DNA of 28,625 bases, taken from an uncultured Synergistia bacterium (GTDB taxonomy: Bacteria; Vulcanimicrobiota; SpSt-956; JAKJGF01). Both the position numbers and the translations under genes were made by a program. The DNA lies in contig CAYSLJ010000099.1 in the NCBI GenBank assembly GCA_964431735.1, positions 1 through 28,625 on the forward strand, read 5' to 3'. Below the pieces are notes generated by a model. That model had not been told where the DNA came from, made no database searches, and worked only from the letters and a program-made list of their open reading frames with translations. Positions 8,393-17,152 of this stretch are shown one piece after another (positions within the stretch are counted from its first letter, which is position 1; every line of letters starts with the position of its first letter).

Positions 8393-8459
8393 AAAACTTC
8401 CCCCCTTCAGATGTTAGTAAGAAAATATCCGTATCAGACTTTCACAGGTGAAGGTCACA

Positions 8460-9848
8460 TCAATACCCATAAGACCATGACCAGGTTATATTATTATTAT
8501 CAACTCCATTATTTATCTTTATCTTTTGGGAATTATTCAGATATGGTGGATATTGCAGATTTCCATTTCCTTTAAATTCAACATTATCTCCAATAATAGC
8601 TCCATACATAGTCCCCTGGCCGGTATAAGTTACATCTCCATCCGGATTATATACAATACCATATGTTTCACCCTGGCCGGACACTTCTATATCAGTATAT
8701 CCACTGACTTCTGGATTGTAAGAAGGATTGGTAGTTTTTCCATTACTACCATAAATTATAATATCTGAAGCAAGAGTGGTTTCATTTGAGGGACGCATTA
8801 TAGATTGTCCGGTAAATTTAAACGTGTGACCTGCTTCACAGTATATCTCTACAGGTATAGGATTACCCTGAGCATCATTGCTAATAGACAGTCTTATATC
8901 AAGCTTTGATGCTGCTTTAAAATCAGATGCAATAACATATTTTCCTGATTTAAAAACCAGAACGGAATTATTTCCTCCGCCAACAGTCCCACCGCCAAAA
9001 TCATAAGCATAACCCGGTTCCAGTGTAACTGTCTGATTATTACTTATAGTAATAGTACCTGGATATAAAGTAAAAGATGGAGCCGTTATATCAGTCATAA
9101 GTGGGATCGGTGCAGGTAATACAAGGGTACCTTTATAATTAGATGAGCTAATTCCTCCTGAAACAACATCGTCGATAGTATTGGGATCATTACCACCATA
9201 GATATATCCATTGACAACAGTATTATGTCCCGTACTTATAGCACCTGATGCTGTAGAATTTACAGCTATATTTGCATAGGTATTGGGATCAGACGAATTA
9301 TAGCCTGTACTGACAACCTTACCGTTACCTGTAAATCTTATAGAAGTCTTTCCAGTTATAGCATTGGGAACAAGGGGTACTTCTTCCAGGAGGGCACTTC
9401 CTATAGCTATAACCCTTGCTTTGGATTTATAATTTGCAGAACTAACATATCCGCAGTAGCCCGTGGCAACAATTTCAACTTTTCCAGCGGGAATATTCGG
9501 TATAACACCGCTTATGGATGGTACAGACGTAGTTCCATTTATATTATTTTTTATCTGAACCTCGTAATATCCGCGGATTTTCTGGTCTGTAACAGTATAA
9601 GTAGTTAAAGGAGTAGGAGGTAATGGTGTATTACAATCAGGATCCTGTTCCACCATGTAAATAGCATAAGAGACACCGGCTTTGGCTGCTTCTACGGCTG
9701 TTATACTGTAATTTTTCTTTGTTATTACATTTGCCAGAGTCATACCTCTTACAACAAGAGCAGTCCCCAGAATAGCAATAAGAACAAGGGACATAATAGT
9801 AATAGCTATTCCCATACCTTTCTGGTTTTCAAATAACTTTTTCAACAT
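8460..9848 (-). CDS. PilX-like large minor pilin / pseudopilin (462 aa)
   Basis: N-terminal PilX_N-type hydrophobic segment MGIAITIMSLVLIAILGTALVVRGMTL, then a Gly/Thr/Asn-rich beta-rich region. AGGAGG Shine-Dalgarno 9 nt upstream. Last gene of the kinase-pilin cluster. Confidence 0.65.
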   Translation of the reverse strand: MLKKLFENQKGMGIAITIMSLVLIAILGTALVVRGMTLANVITKKNYSITAVEAAKAGVSYAIYMVEQDPDCNTPLPPTPLTTYTVTDQKIRGYYEVQIKNNINGTTSVPSISGVIPNIPAGKVEIVATGYCGYVSSANYKSKARVIAIGSALLEEVPLVPNAITGKTSIRFTGNGKVVSTGYNSSDPNTYANIAVNSTASGAISTGHNTVVNGYIYGGNDPNTIDDVVSGGISSSNYKGTLVLPAPIPLMTDITAPSFTLYPGTITISNNQTVTLEPGYAYDFGGGTVGGGNNSVLVFKSGKYVIASDFKAASKLDIRLSISNDAQGNPIPVEIYCEAGHTFKFTGQSIMRPSNETTLASDIIIYGSNGKTTNPSYNPEVSGYTDIEVSGQGETYGIVYNPDGDVTYTGQGTMYGAIIGDNVEFKGNGNLQYPPYLNNSQKIKINNGVDNNNITWSWSYGY

Positions 9849-9871
9849 ATTCTTTACCTCCTTAATTTATT

Positions 9872-10585
9872 TTAATTACTCATATTCATAGTAAAGGAAA
9901 CAATAATAGAGTTATAAGATGTATTTGGATTATTGGGATCAAAGTTGCTATTTGCTTTTTCAGATATTATTATATCTACTTTCAATGGTAATTTAGTTCC
10001 TATAACAGACGGAGGAATACCTGTAGAAGAAACGCCTATTTCAGGGAAATTCAAATCTCTTACTCTATGAGCTATAATCATTTTTTGAGTATAATCTGTT
10101 CCACCTGTAATAAAACTGTTTACTCCCAGTCCACATGGAAGTGGTATAATACTGCCTGTTGTGCCTCCTGAAGGATCCTGTAAAAATTCTCTTCTGCACA
10201 GAGCCTTTTCATTTGACTTTTCATCTGTATCTATATAATAACATACATACTTATACCATATAGATTTTGCAGTATTGGGGTCAATCTGAAATTCATTATT
10301 CTGGTTAAAATCTCTGGCAGAAGCAAATATTATTCCTGTTGGTTGATTAACATCAGAAGGATTATATATACTGGCAGTTTTATAAGATGATTCCATAAGT
10401 TCTCTCGACATTTTTGCCAGTGCAACAGAAGCATCCTGCTGCATATTGGAAAGACTTGATTGAGAAAGATAGCTTTTTTTAAGAAGCAATCCTATACCTG
10501 CTATCATGGTAAACATAATACCCATAACAGATATGGTTATAAGGAGTTCTACTGCAGTAACACCTCTCTTCTTTTTTATAGTCAT
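9872..10585 (-). CDS. PilW-like prepilin-type N-terminal domain protein (minor pilin)
   Basis: Class-III-like N-terminus KKKRGVTAVELLITISVMGIMFTMIAG. I place the start at the ATG preceded by AAAGGAGGTG, which is Met16 of the 9872..10630 track ORF. That leaves a 13-nt gap after the PilV-like stop instead of an overlap. Confidence 0.65.
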   Translation of the reverse strand: MTIKKKRGVTAVELLITISVMGIMFTMIAGIGLLLKKSYLSQSSLSNMQQDASVALAKMSRELMESSYKTASIYNPSDVNQPTGIIFASARDFNQNNEFQIDPNTAKSIWYKYVCYYIDTDEKSNEKALCRREFLQDPSGGTTGSIIPLPCGLGVNSFITGGTDYTQKMIIAHRVRDLNFPEIGVSSTGIPPSVIGTKLPLKVDIIISEKANSNFDPNNPNTSYNSIIVSFTMNMSN

Positions 10586-10598
10586 TTCTGCACCTCCT

Positions 10599-11066
10599 TT
10601 ATATACCGGAATTTCCCGGATTAACGACAATAGTTACAAGTTCTATCTGTCTGAGCCTGCCACCACCGGAAGCAATACCACGTCCCATAGTATGTTCATT
10701 CCAGGTTACTCTCACATTTAGATTATACATCTTACCTGTTGTAGAAGGTGTACATGGTGACGTAGCGACATTAACCTGAAACGTTGTAGAACTAACAACT
10801 CTATTTACATTGGTTGTTACAACTACAGGTTCTGAATGGCCTGTAGAAGCAAGCTGGCCTTTAACCTGGTTCCATCTGACAGTGGTCGGAGTGGCATAAA
10901 GTTCCATATATGATTGAGCAATCTGCTGTGCAAGGAGTCTGTTCTGTGAGCTTTTTATAAAAATTCCTGTCCCCGGAACTACCTGCAATATGGAAAGAAA
11001 TCCCATAGAAAGAACTATGATTGAAATCATTGCGTCTATCAGGGTAATACCCTTTTCTCTAATCAT
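10599..11066 (-). CDS. PilV-like type IV minor pilin (prepilin N-terminal methylation motif)
   Basis: MIREKGITLIDAMISIIVLSMGFLSI matches K-G-F/I-T-L-I-E/D plus a hydrophobic helix. GGGGGA Shine-Dalgarno 7 nt upstream. Confidence 0.7.
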   Translation of the reverse strand: MIREKGITLIDAMISIIVLSMGFLSILQVVPGTGIFIKSSQNRLLAQQIAQSYMELYATPTTVRWNQVKGQLASTGHSEPVVVTTNVNRVVSSTTFQVNVATSPCTPSTTGKMYNLNVRVTWNEHTMGRGIASGGGRLRQIELVTIVVNPGNSGI

Positions 11067-11112
11067 ATAACATCCCCCCTTTTTTCATTCTTTATAAAAT
11101 TCATCTGTATAA

Positions 11113-13095
11113 TTATTTTAAACTGGAAGACATAAATACAAGACTCATAGGAGTCACAACAGGGCTGGCAATTTTATTATTAGTTTTATTATCTATATCA
11201 CACATATAGATATAATTTAAGGCATGGTCAAAGGTAGTTGTGCCGACATAAAGTTGTTTTCCGTCTTTAGAAAAAACAAGACTGCATGGTATATTTTGAA
11301 ATTTCATTTTATTTACAACTTTATCATCTATAAGTGATATAAGAAGAACTTCCTGCGGTTTCTGGCACATTACAGCAAGTAATTTCTTATCTTTAGAATA
11401 AGCAATTTTACCAGGCCCATCACCTGTCTCTATTCTGGAAACAACCTGTCTTTTCTCACCATCTATAACAAGTATCTCATTTTTATCTATTATCGATAAA
11501 TAGATTTTATTATTAATACCGGAATTAATTATATCTACAGGGGTACCATCAATCTTTATGGAAGCGAGTAAATTTCCAGTAATTTCCATAATGTCTACAG
11601 TCATAGAATCTCTGTTAACTACAAAGAGTTCATTACCTGTAGAAGAAAAACAAACTGAAACAGGCCCTTTGCCTCCACTTTTTAATGTAGCTACAGGATT
11701 ATTATAATCTGTATCTACAAGGGTTACAGTATCTGAACTTCTGCCGGTTACTGCAAGATAATTCTGAACAGGAGAAAAGCTCAACCCCTTCGGCTCATTA
11801 CCTACTTTTATTTGTGTTACTATTTGATTTTTTCTGGAGTCAAAACATTCAATGAGATCGGAACCGGATGTTACATAAACATATTTACCATCTCTACTCA
11901 GGATTGCATCTCCAGGTAGTTTATATTTTGTCTTAACAATTTCTATGGCATCTGGTTTTTTCATATTCATTGAACCTATGCTGCTGTTGCCTATAATTAT
12001 AATTCTCTCTTCTTTACCTGTTCTGGAAGAGGCAAACATTATGGCAACACCTGCCAGACATAACACAAATATGGCAGCAATGGCTATTAACTGATTCATG
12101 TGGGCATACCAGATTTTTTTTATATTCCAGGAAATAGAGCTACATAGTTCTCCTATGAAAGATTGTTGTCTGGCTTCCATCGTTTTCCCTGTTTCAATCT
12201 TCTGCTTCATTTTTATAGTCACAGACCTTGCTACACCTGCATCAAAAGAAATATTCTCAAGTAATTCCTTAACTTCGGAAATCTTCTGTATTCTTTTATC
12301 CTGATTGAATTCTATACATTTTGTAGCAATATCGCCCAGTTCTTTTTTACCTCTCAGAGGAGAAAAATTCAGGGGATTATTTCTGGGATCTTCCTTTGTT
12401 AACATATAATACAACAGGGCTCCCAGGCCGAAGATATCAGCCCTGGTATCAACAGGCTTTAACCCATACTGCTCAGGTGCCGAATATCCGGGAGTTCCCA
12501 TATATTTATTATGGGAAAATCCTTTATCTAACATTCTTGAAAGTCCGTAATCTGTCAGCTTTATTTTTCCGTTACCGGTAAAAAGTATATTTTCAGGTTT
12601 GAGATCATAAAATATGACCGGCCCTTCAGCAGAATTATGAAGAGTAGAGAGGGCATCACATATCTGAAGAGCCCAGTCTTTAATTTTATCAAAAGGTATA
12701 TCTTCACTATATTCTTTTATAGCCTGAACCAGGTTTATTCTATCTGCATTTTCCGCCTCAGTAACAATATAAACCCTGTATTTCAGGAATTCCTTTTCAT
12801 CTTCTGTAAAAATATCAAATACAGGGCTCAGGTTTTCATGACTTATATTAATAATATGTTTAATTCTATCTTCAAGCGTTTCTATAACTTCTTTCCTGAA
12901 TTTATCATCAGATATGGAAAATACAAGTTCCCTTATTAAAACATTTTTTTCAGGGTTATAAATATCAAAGGCTATATATGCAAGATCATTTTCTTCACCT
13001 TCACCTGATAAAACCTGAATAATTTTATATTTTTCTTCGAGAATAGTGTCTTTAGATAATCGTGTAGTTTCTCTCATAAGTTTCACCTTTTTCAC
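11113..13095 (-). CDS. Transmembrane Ser/Thr protein kinase with extracytoplasmic YVTN-type beta-propeller domain
   Basis: Hanks motifs: IFYDLKPENILF (HRD-like catalytic loop with D/K/N kept, H and R replaced by F and Y), KLTDYGLS (DFG as DYG), GYSAPEQ (APE), DIFGLGALLYYML. One TM helix LIAIAAIFVLCLAGVAIMFA. YVTN repeats follow, e.g. DGKYVYVTSGSD...LFVVNRDSMTV. The more likely true start is the ATG at 13077, which has an AAGGTGA Shine-Dalgarno; the track start at 13095 is GTG. Confidence 0.8.
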   Translation of the reverse strand: MKKVKLMRETTRLSKDTILEEKYKIIQVLSGEGEENDLAYIAFDIYNPEKNVLIRELVFSISDDKFRKEVIETLEDRIKHIINISHENLSPVFDIFTEDEKEFLKYRVYIVTEAENADRINLVQAIKEYSEDIPFDKIKDWALQICDALSTLHNSAEGPVIFYDLKPENILFTGNGKIKLTDYGLSRMLDKGFSHNKYMGTPGYSAPEQYGLKPVDTRADIFGLGALLYYMLTKEDPRNNPLNFSPLRGKKELGDIATKCIEFNQDKRIQKISEVKELLENISFDAGVARSVTIKMKQKIETGKTMEARQQSFIGELCSSISWNIKKIWYAHMNQLIAIAAIFVLCLAGVAIMFASSRTGKEERIIIIGNSSIGSMNMKKPDAIEIVKTKYKLPGDAILSRDGKYVYVTSGSDLIECFDSRKNQIVTQIKVGNEPKGLSFSPVQNYLAVTGRSSDTVTLVDTDYNNPVATLKSGGKGPVSVCFSSTGNELFVVNRDSMTVDIMEITGNLLASIKIDGTPVDIINSGINNKIYLSIIDKNEILVIDGEKRQVVSRIETGDGPGKIAYSKDKKLLAVMCQKPQEVLLISLIDDKVVNKMKFQNIPCSLVFSKDGKQLYVGTTTFDHALNYIYMCDIDNKTNNKIASPVVTPMSLVFMSSSLK

Positions 13096-13116
13096 ATCCT
13101 TTTCAATAAAAATAGA

Positions 13117-13338
13117 TTATTCATTCTCTGTATAATCACTGCAACGCCAGATTCCGCCTTCTGCTCCGGCAAAAACACAGGTTTTATTTTTTATACAATT
13201 AGAACATAAACCTCCGGTATAATCTCTGGCTTTATTGTAAACAGAAATAATAGTATGTTCCTCTGTTCCTGAATGGCTACCACAGAATGGAAGATAAAGG
13301 TATATATCTTCATAAATGTATTCACTGATCTTTAACAC
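13117..13338 (-). CDS. Small Cys-rich protein (73 aa), GTG start with GGAGAAA Shine-Dalgarno
   Basis: Five Cys: CGSH, LCSNC, C54, RCSDY. A good ribosome-binding site 5 nt upstream of GTG. Sits between the 78-aa ORF and the kinase in the same orientation. Confidence 0.45.
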   Translation of the reverse strand: MLKISEYIYEDIYLYLPFCGSHSGTEEHTIISVYNKARDYTGGLCSNCIKNKTCVFAGAEGGIWRCSDYTENE

Positions 13339-13568
13339 AGGATTTCTCCTTTATCACAAAGATTATAGAATGAAAATTCAATTAATATAATGGCAAATTC
13401 TGTACCAACAGGAAAGTTACCGTTACAGAGCAATAATTTTCTCTTTACAGTATAAGGAATTGAATAGCAAATAAAAAATTTTAAGGAGAAAAAAATCATG
13501 AAAAAAACATTTTTTATCGGGGAAATATACCTCGGTGGGGAATTTTTACCCATTTTTTCAGCTATCAA
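13332..13568 (-). CDS. Hypothetical small hydrophobic protein (73-78 aa)
   Basis: ORF immediately 3' of the conserved CGTCACGAT module. Overlaps the next gene by 7 nt (GTGTTAA). No convincing Shine-Dalgarno. A 28-codon plus-strand ORF with a perfect TAAGGAG Shine-Dalgarno (13498..13584) lies antisense to its 5' end. Confidence 0.3.
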   Translation of the reverse strand: MIAEKMGKNSPPRYISPIKNVFFMIFFSLKFFICYSIPYTVKRKLLLCNGNFPVGTEFAIILIEFSFYNLCDKGEILC

Positions 13569-13583
13569 TATAGATACTTTATA

Positions 13584-13645
13584 ATCGTGACGCGTAACGT
13601 GTAATGCGTGACGGGTGGTTCGTGATGCGTGATGCGTGATGCGTT
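13584..13645. repeat. Heptamer array (CGTGACG / CGTAACG / GTAATGC / CGTGATG units) containing the conserved module in minus orientation
   Basis: Its reverse complement reads catcacgcatcacgcatcacgaaccacccgtcacgcattacacgttacgcgtcacgat, matching 3370-3432 and 25800-25853. Confidence 0.9.
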
Positions 13646-13652
13646 AAATAAA

Positions 13653-13683
13653 GTTGAGGGTTGAAAGTTGAGGGTTGAGAGTT
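13653..13683. repeat. Second heptamer family: GTTGAGG / GTTGAAA / GTTGAGA tandem units
   Basis: gttgagggttgaaagttgagggttgagagtt, just downstream of the response-regulator stop at 13732. Confidence 0.85.
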
Positions 13684-13731
13684 TTAAATCAGTCAACTTA
13701 TAAACCTTAAACTATAAACTCTCTTCAACCT

Positions 13732-15075
13732 TCACGACTCCTCATCAATCTTCAATTTTTTCAATTTTTCTCTGAGAGTTTTTCTGTCAATACCCAGTAT
13801 CTCTGCTGCCTGTGTTTTATTTCCTCCCACACTTGACAGAACATTGGATATATATTCCACTTCCACTTCTGCAAGGGGCCTGTTAAAGCCGGACGTTCTC
13901 AGTGCCGAAAAACGCATAAGAGAAGGTAAATCAGGGACTTCTATTAAATCTCCGTCTGTCATAACTACAAGGCGATTGATTACATTCTCAAGTTCTCTTA
14001 TATTTCCGGGCCAGTGATAGTTTTTAATAACCTGTATGGCATTATCAGAGAAAGCCGGCACAGTTTTACCTGTTTCTCTGGCAAACTTTGCAGCAAAATG
14101 ATATGTTAATAATACAATATCTTCTCCTCTTTCACGAAGTGGCGGGAGATCAATAGTAATAACATTCAGTCGAAAATATAAATCTTCCCGGAAGGTACCC
14201 TTTTTTACAAGTAACTGAAGATCCTTATTTGTTGCAGCAAGAACCCTTACATCTACTTTTCTTGTTTTTGAAGAGCCTACCATACAGACTTCTTTTTCCT
14301 GAAGAACACGGAGCAGTTTTGCCTGCATGGCAATACCTGTATCACTTATTTCATCAAGAAATATAGTTCCTCCGTCAGCAGTTTGAAAAAAACCTGCTCT
14401 TGTTTCTGTAGCACCGGTAAAAGAACCTTTTACATGTCCGAAAAGCTCACTTTCAAGTAAACTTTCCGGTATACCGCCACAGTTTACAGGGACAAAAGGA
14501 GAAGCGGCACGGCTTCCGGTATAATGTATCGCTCTGGCAACAAGCTCTTTTCCCGTACCGCTTTCACCGGTGATAAGAACAGTAGCAGATGTTGAAGCAG
14601 CTTTCTCTATATCGGAAAAAATCTTTTTAATTGCTACAGACTGGCCTATTATGCCGTAAGGAGCAGGGGGAATATCAGTTAATTTATTTCTTGCCCTCCT
14701 GAGCATGATTTTATCCATTACCCGCTTTACAGCAGCAAAAAGTTCGTCAGATGTAAAAGGTTTGGACAGATATTCCTCTGCGCCAGTCTTTACGGCCTCG
14801 ACAGCACTTTCAATAGATGCATAACCGGTAATCATCATAATTTCCGTATCTTTAAAATTTTCCCTTACATGCCTTATCAGATCCATACCGCTTACCTTTG
14901 GCATGCGAAGATCTGTGATTACAAGATCAACCATCATGGTTTCAAGAATCTTAATAGCTTCTCCCACACCTGAAGCAGTAAAAACCTCATATCCCTGAGA
15001 TGTGAGATTTCTCTGGAAAACTTCAAGTGTATTAATTGAATCATCAACAATTAAGATGCGTCCTTTTTTAGACAC
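13732..15075 (-). CDS. Sigma-54-dependent response regulator (NtrC family): receiver + AAA+ sigma-54 activator + Fis-type HTH
   Basis: ILIVDDS...DLVITDLRMPKVSG receiver. Walker A GESGTGKE. GAFTGA-like GSFTGATETRAGFFQTADGGTIFLDEI. ESELFGH. C-terminal HTH QAAEILGIDRKTLREKLKKL. GTG start with GGAAGG Shine-Dalgarno. Confidence 0.9.
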   Translation of the reverse strand: MSKKGRILIVDDSINTLEVFQRNLTSQGYEVFTASGVGEAIKILETMMVDLVITDLRMPKVSGMDLIRHVRENFKDTEIMMITGYASIESAVEAVKTGAEEYLSKPFTSDELFAAVKRVMDKIMLRRARNKLTDIPPAPYGIIGQSVAIKKIFSDIEKAASTSATVLITGESGTGKELVARAIHYTGSRAASPFVPVNCGGIPESLLESELFGHVKGSFTGATETRAGFFQTADGGTIFLDEISDTGIAMQAKLLRVLQEKEVCMVGSSKTRKVDVRVLAATNKDLQLLVKKGTFREDLYFRLNVITIDLPPLRERGEDIVLLTYHFAAKFARETGKTVPAFSDNAIQVIKNYHWPGNIRELENVINRLVVMTDGDLIEVPDLPSLMRFSALRTSGFNRPLAEVEVEYISNVLSSVGGNKTQAAEILGIDRKTLREKLKKLKIDEES

Positions 15076-15134
15076 TTACACACACCTTCCCTGTATTCAT
15101 GACGTGTTATGCGTCACATTAAAGTTATTTCTTC

Positions 15135-15156
15135 CCGTCACCCGTTACCCGTTACG
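15135..15156. repeat. Heptamer array (CCGTCAC/CCGTTAC x3) overlapping the sensor-kinase stop codon
   Basis: ccgtcacccgttacccgttacg, in the opposite orientation to most promoter-proximal arrays. Confidence 0.8.
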
Positions 15157-16879
15157 TTAAAGGTATCTGTATTTCAAACCTTGTTCCTTTACCTTCTTTA
15201 CTGTCAATATTAATATTTCCTCCATGAGAAGATATAATTCCATGGACTACAGCAAGTCCCAGGCCTGTTCCCTGATTGATATCTTTTGTAGTAAAGAAAG
15301 GATTGAATATATATTTTTTAGTTTCTTCATCCATACCTTTACCTGTATCCTCTACAATAAAGGAAATACAATGTTCACATGACGAAGTCTTTATTTCAAG
15401 CCTTCCACCGTCCGGCATGGCATGAATGGCATTGGTTACAAGATTGATAAGAACCTGTGTCATCTGAGACGGATCTGCAGAAACAGAAGGAAGAGACTCT
15501 GATAGATTAATTACCACTTCTATACCGGACTGTTCGCATTTTCCTTCAAAAAAATAAAAACTGTCTTTAATTATATTATTAATATTCACACTGACCTTAT
15601 TTGAAGGTACCTGCCTTGCAAAAAGGAGCAATTTTTTTACTATTTCTCTTGCATAAAGAGAAGATTTTTCTATTTTTTCCAGATCAGTTACCGTCTGTTC
15701 CGGGAGAGACGGACATTGTTTTGCAAGCTGAGCAAAACCAAGTATATTTCCCAGTGGTTCATTTAATTCATGGGCTATGCCTGAAGCAAATTTTCCTATA
15801 GTTGCAAGCCTGTCTGCATGTCTTATCTGTTCACTGGAAGCATCAACTCTTGCAAGCATACTATCAATAGTACAGGCCAGAGAAGCGATTTCGTCTTCTC
15901 CTGGAAGTAATTTCTTTAATGAAAGATCCTTTATAAGACCTATATTATCAACACTGTTACTCAAAAGATAAAGACGGGAAAGAACTGTCATATCCAGGAG
16001 TAACATATTTACCATTCCAAGTACAATTGCAACTACGAGAAAGGACAGCATAAAATAGTAGAGACTCCTCTTTCCCTGAAGGTAAATCTCTCTTACCATA
16101 TCTACCTTTAATATAAGGGCAGGTTGTCCGTAAATATCTTTTAACATAATGTAGCCTGCCGTATAATCTCTGTTAAGAGGTCTCACAAAAATACCTGTTT
16201 CTTTTAAGAAATGATCCTTTACCTGCCGGACATCATAAGGCAGATCCAGTGCGGACAGTTTATAGATATTAATCGAAAGAGATGTAATATCTCTGAGCCT
16301 GTTAACCTCTGCATCATCGATAAATCTCCCCATAATCAATGTACCTCTCGAAGGGCCTTTCCATTCATTCGTAAGAATAGGACGGGAGGAAACAATCATA
16401 GGCCTTCCCTGAAACATAATAATACCTACAACACTGCTGGTCGTGCTCTGGTGGTTTAACAGGGGCGAAGTGTCACTAAAAAAACCATTCAGACTTCCGG
16501 CATGTATCTCTTTACCTGATACAAGATCAACTCCTTTAGAAAAAACCATTTCCCCTGAAGAATTAATAAAAAATATAAGATTAACCCTTAAATTTACAAG
16601 AGTTGCCCTGTTGAGATTATCATTTATATAGGATTTATTTAAATCTTCAATAAATTTATAGGTCTCATCCCAGGGAGCCCAGTCTCCTGTAATGGCTGCC
16701 AGAGAGATATATTCATCCTGCAATGCATTTACAGCTCTTTCTACATTCCTTGTAACGGTTTTTTTCTCTAAATCAATAAAGCCTCCCAGAAGTATTACTC
16801 TTGAAATTATATAAAGCAATATAATTAAAAATATAAATGTAATTATTATAACGATAAGTGTTTTTTTACGTATATTCAT
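15152..16879 (-). CDS. Sensor histidine kinase: two TM helices flanking a ~240-aa periplasmic sensor domain, HisKA + HATPase_c
   Basis: N-terminal TM LIVIIITFIFLIILLYIISRVILLGG. Second TM LYYFMLSFLVVAIVLGMVNMLLL. H-box GIAHELNEPLGN. N/G boxes LVTNAIHAM, DTGKGM, GTGLGLAVV. Confidence 0.85.
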   Translation of the reverse strand: MNIRKKTLIVIIITFIFLIILLYIISRVILLGGFIDLEKKTVTRNVERAVNALQDEYISLAAITGDWAPWDETYKFIEDLNKSYINDNLNRATLVNLRVNLIFFINSSGEMVFSKGVDLVSGKEIHAGSLNGFFSDTSPLLNHQSTTSSVVGIIMFQGRPMIVSSRPILTNEWKGPSRGTLIMGRFIDDAEVNRLRDITSLSINIYKLSALDLPYDVRQVKDHFLKETGIFVRPLNRDYTAGYIMLKDIYGQPALILKVDMVREIYLQGKRSLYYFMLSFLVVAIVLGMVNMLLLDMTVLSRLYLLSNSVDNIGLIKDLSLKKLLPGEDEIASLACTIDSMLARVDASSEQIRHADRLATIGKFASGIAHELNEPLGNILGFAQLAKQCPSLPEQTVTDLEKIEKSSLYAREIVKKLLLFARQVPSNKVSVNINNIIKDSFYFFEGKCEQSGIEVVINLSESLPSVSADPSQMTQVLINLVTNAIHAMPDGGRLEIKTSSCEHCISFIVEDTGKGMDEETKKYIFNPFFTTKDINQGTGLGLAVVHGIISSHGGNINIDSKEGKGTRFEIQIPLT

Positions 16880-16886
16880 AGTAATT

Positions 16887-17035
16887 CGTGACGCGTGACG
16901 CGTGGCGTGACGCGATGGTTTATTTTATTATATAAACATAATAACGTCGTAATGCGTGATGCGTAATGCGTGATGCGTAATGCGTGATGCGCAGGGATTA
17001 AACCCGTCACGCGTCACGCGTTACGCGTCACGACT
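16887..17035. repeat. Divergent intergenic region made of three heptamer arrays plus the conserved CGTCACGACTATAAT module
   Basis: (GTGACGC)x3 abuts the kinase start. GTAATGC/GTGATGC x7 runs 16948-16992. Then aaacccgtcacgcgtcacgcgttacgcgtcacgactataat at 17001-17040, which includes a TATAAT hexamer. Confidence 0.9.
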
Positions 17036-17152
17036 ATAATATATTATACGTCATATTTCTTAAGTGATCAAATAATTTGACATTAATAATTTAAAAATAT
17101 ATAATATTTGTAAATATAACCATATATTCAGAATGAAAGAAGGTTCGAATAA

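Noticed and set aside
13096-13731. Sigma-54 -24/-12 promoter (TGGCAC-N5-TTGC) upstream of the kinase/pilin genes, expected because of the adjacent NtrC-type activator
   Set aside because: I scanned both strands by eye around 13100-13730 and elsewhere. Only partial matches exist, for example TGGCAC-agcaa-TAATA at 1185 and TGGCAagggaTGCC at 28290, and both have wrong spacing or -12 element. Sigma-54 promoters remain unconfirmed.
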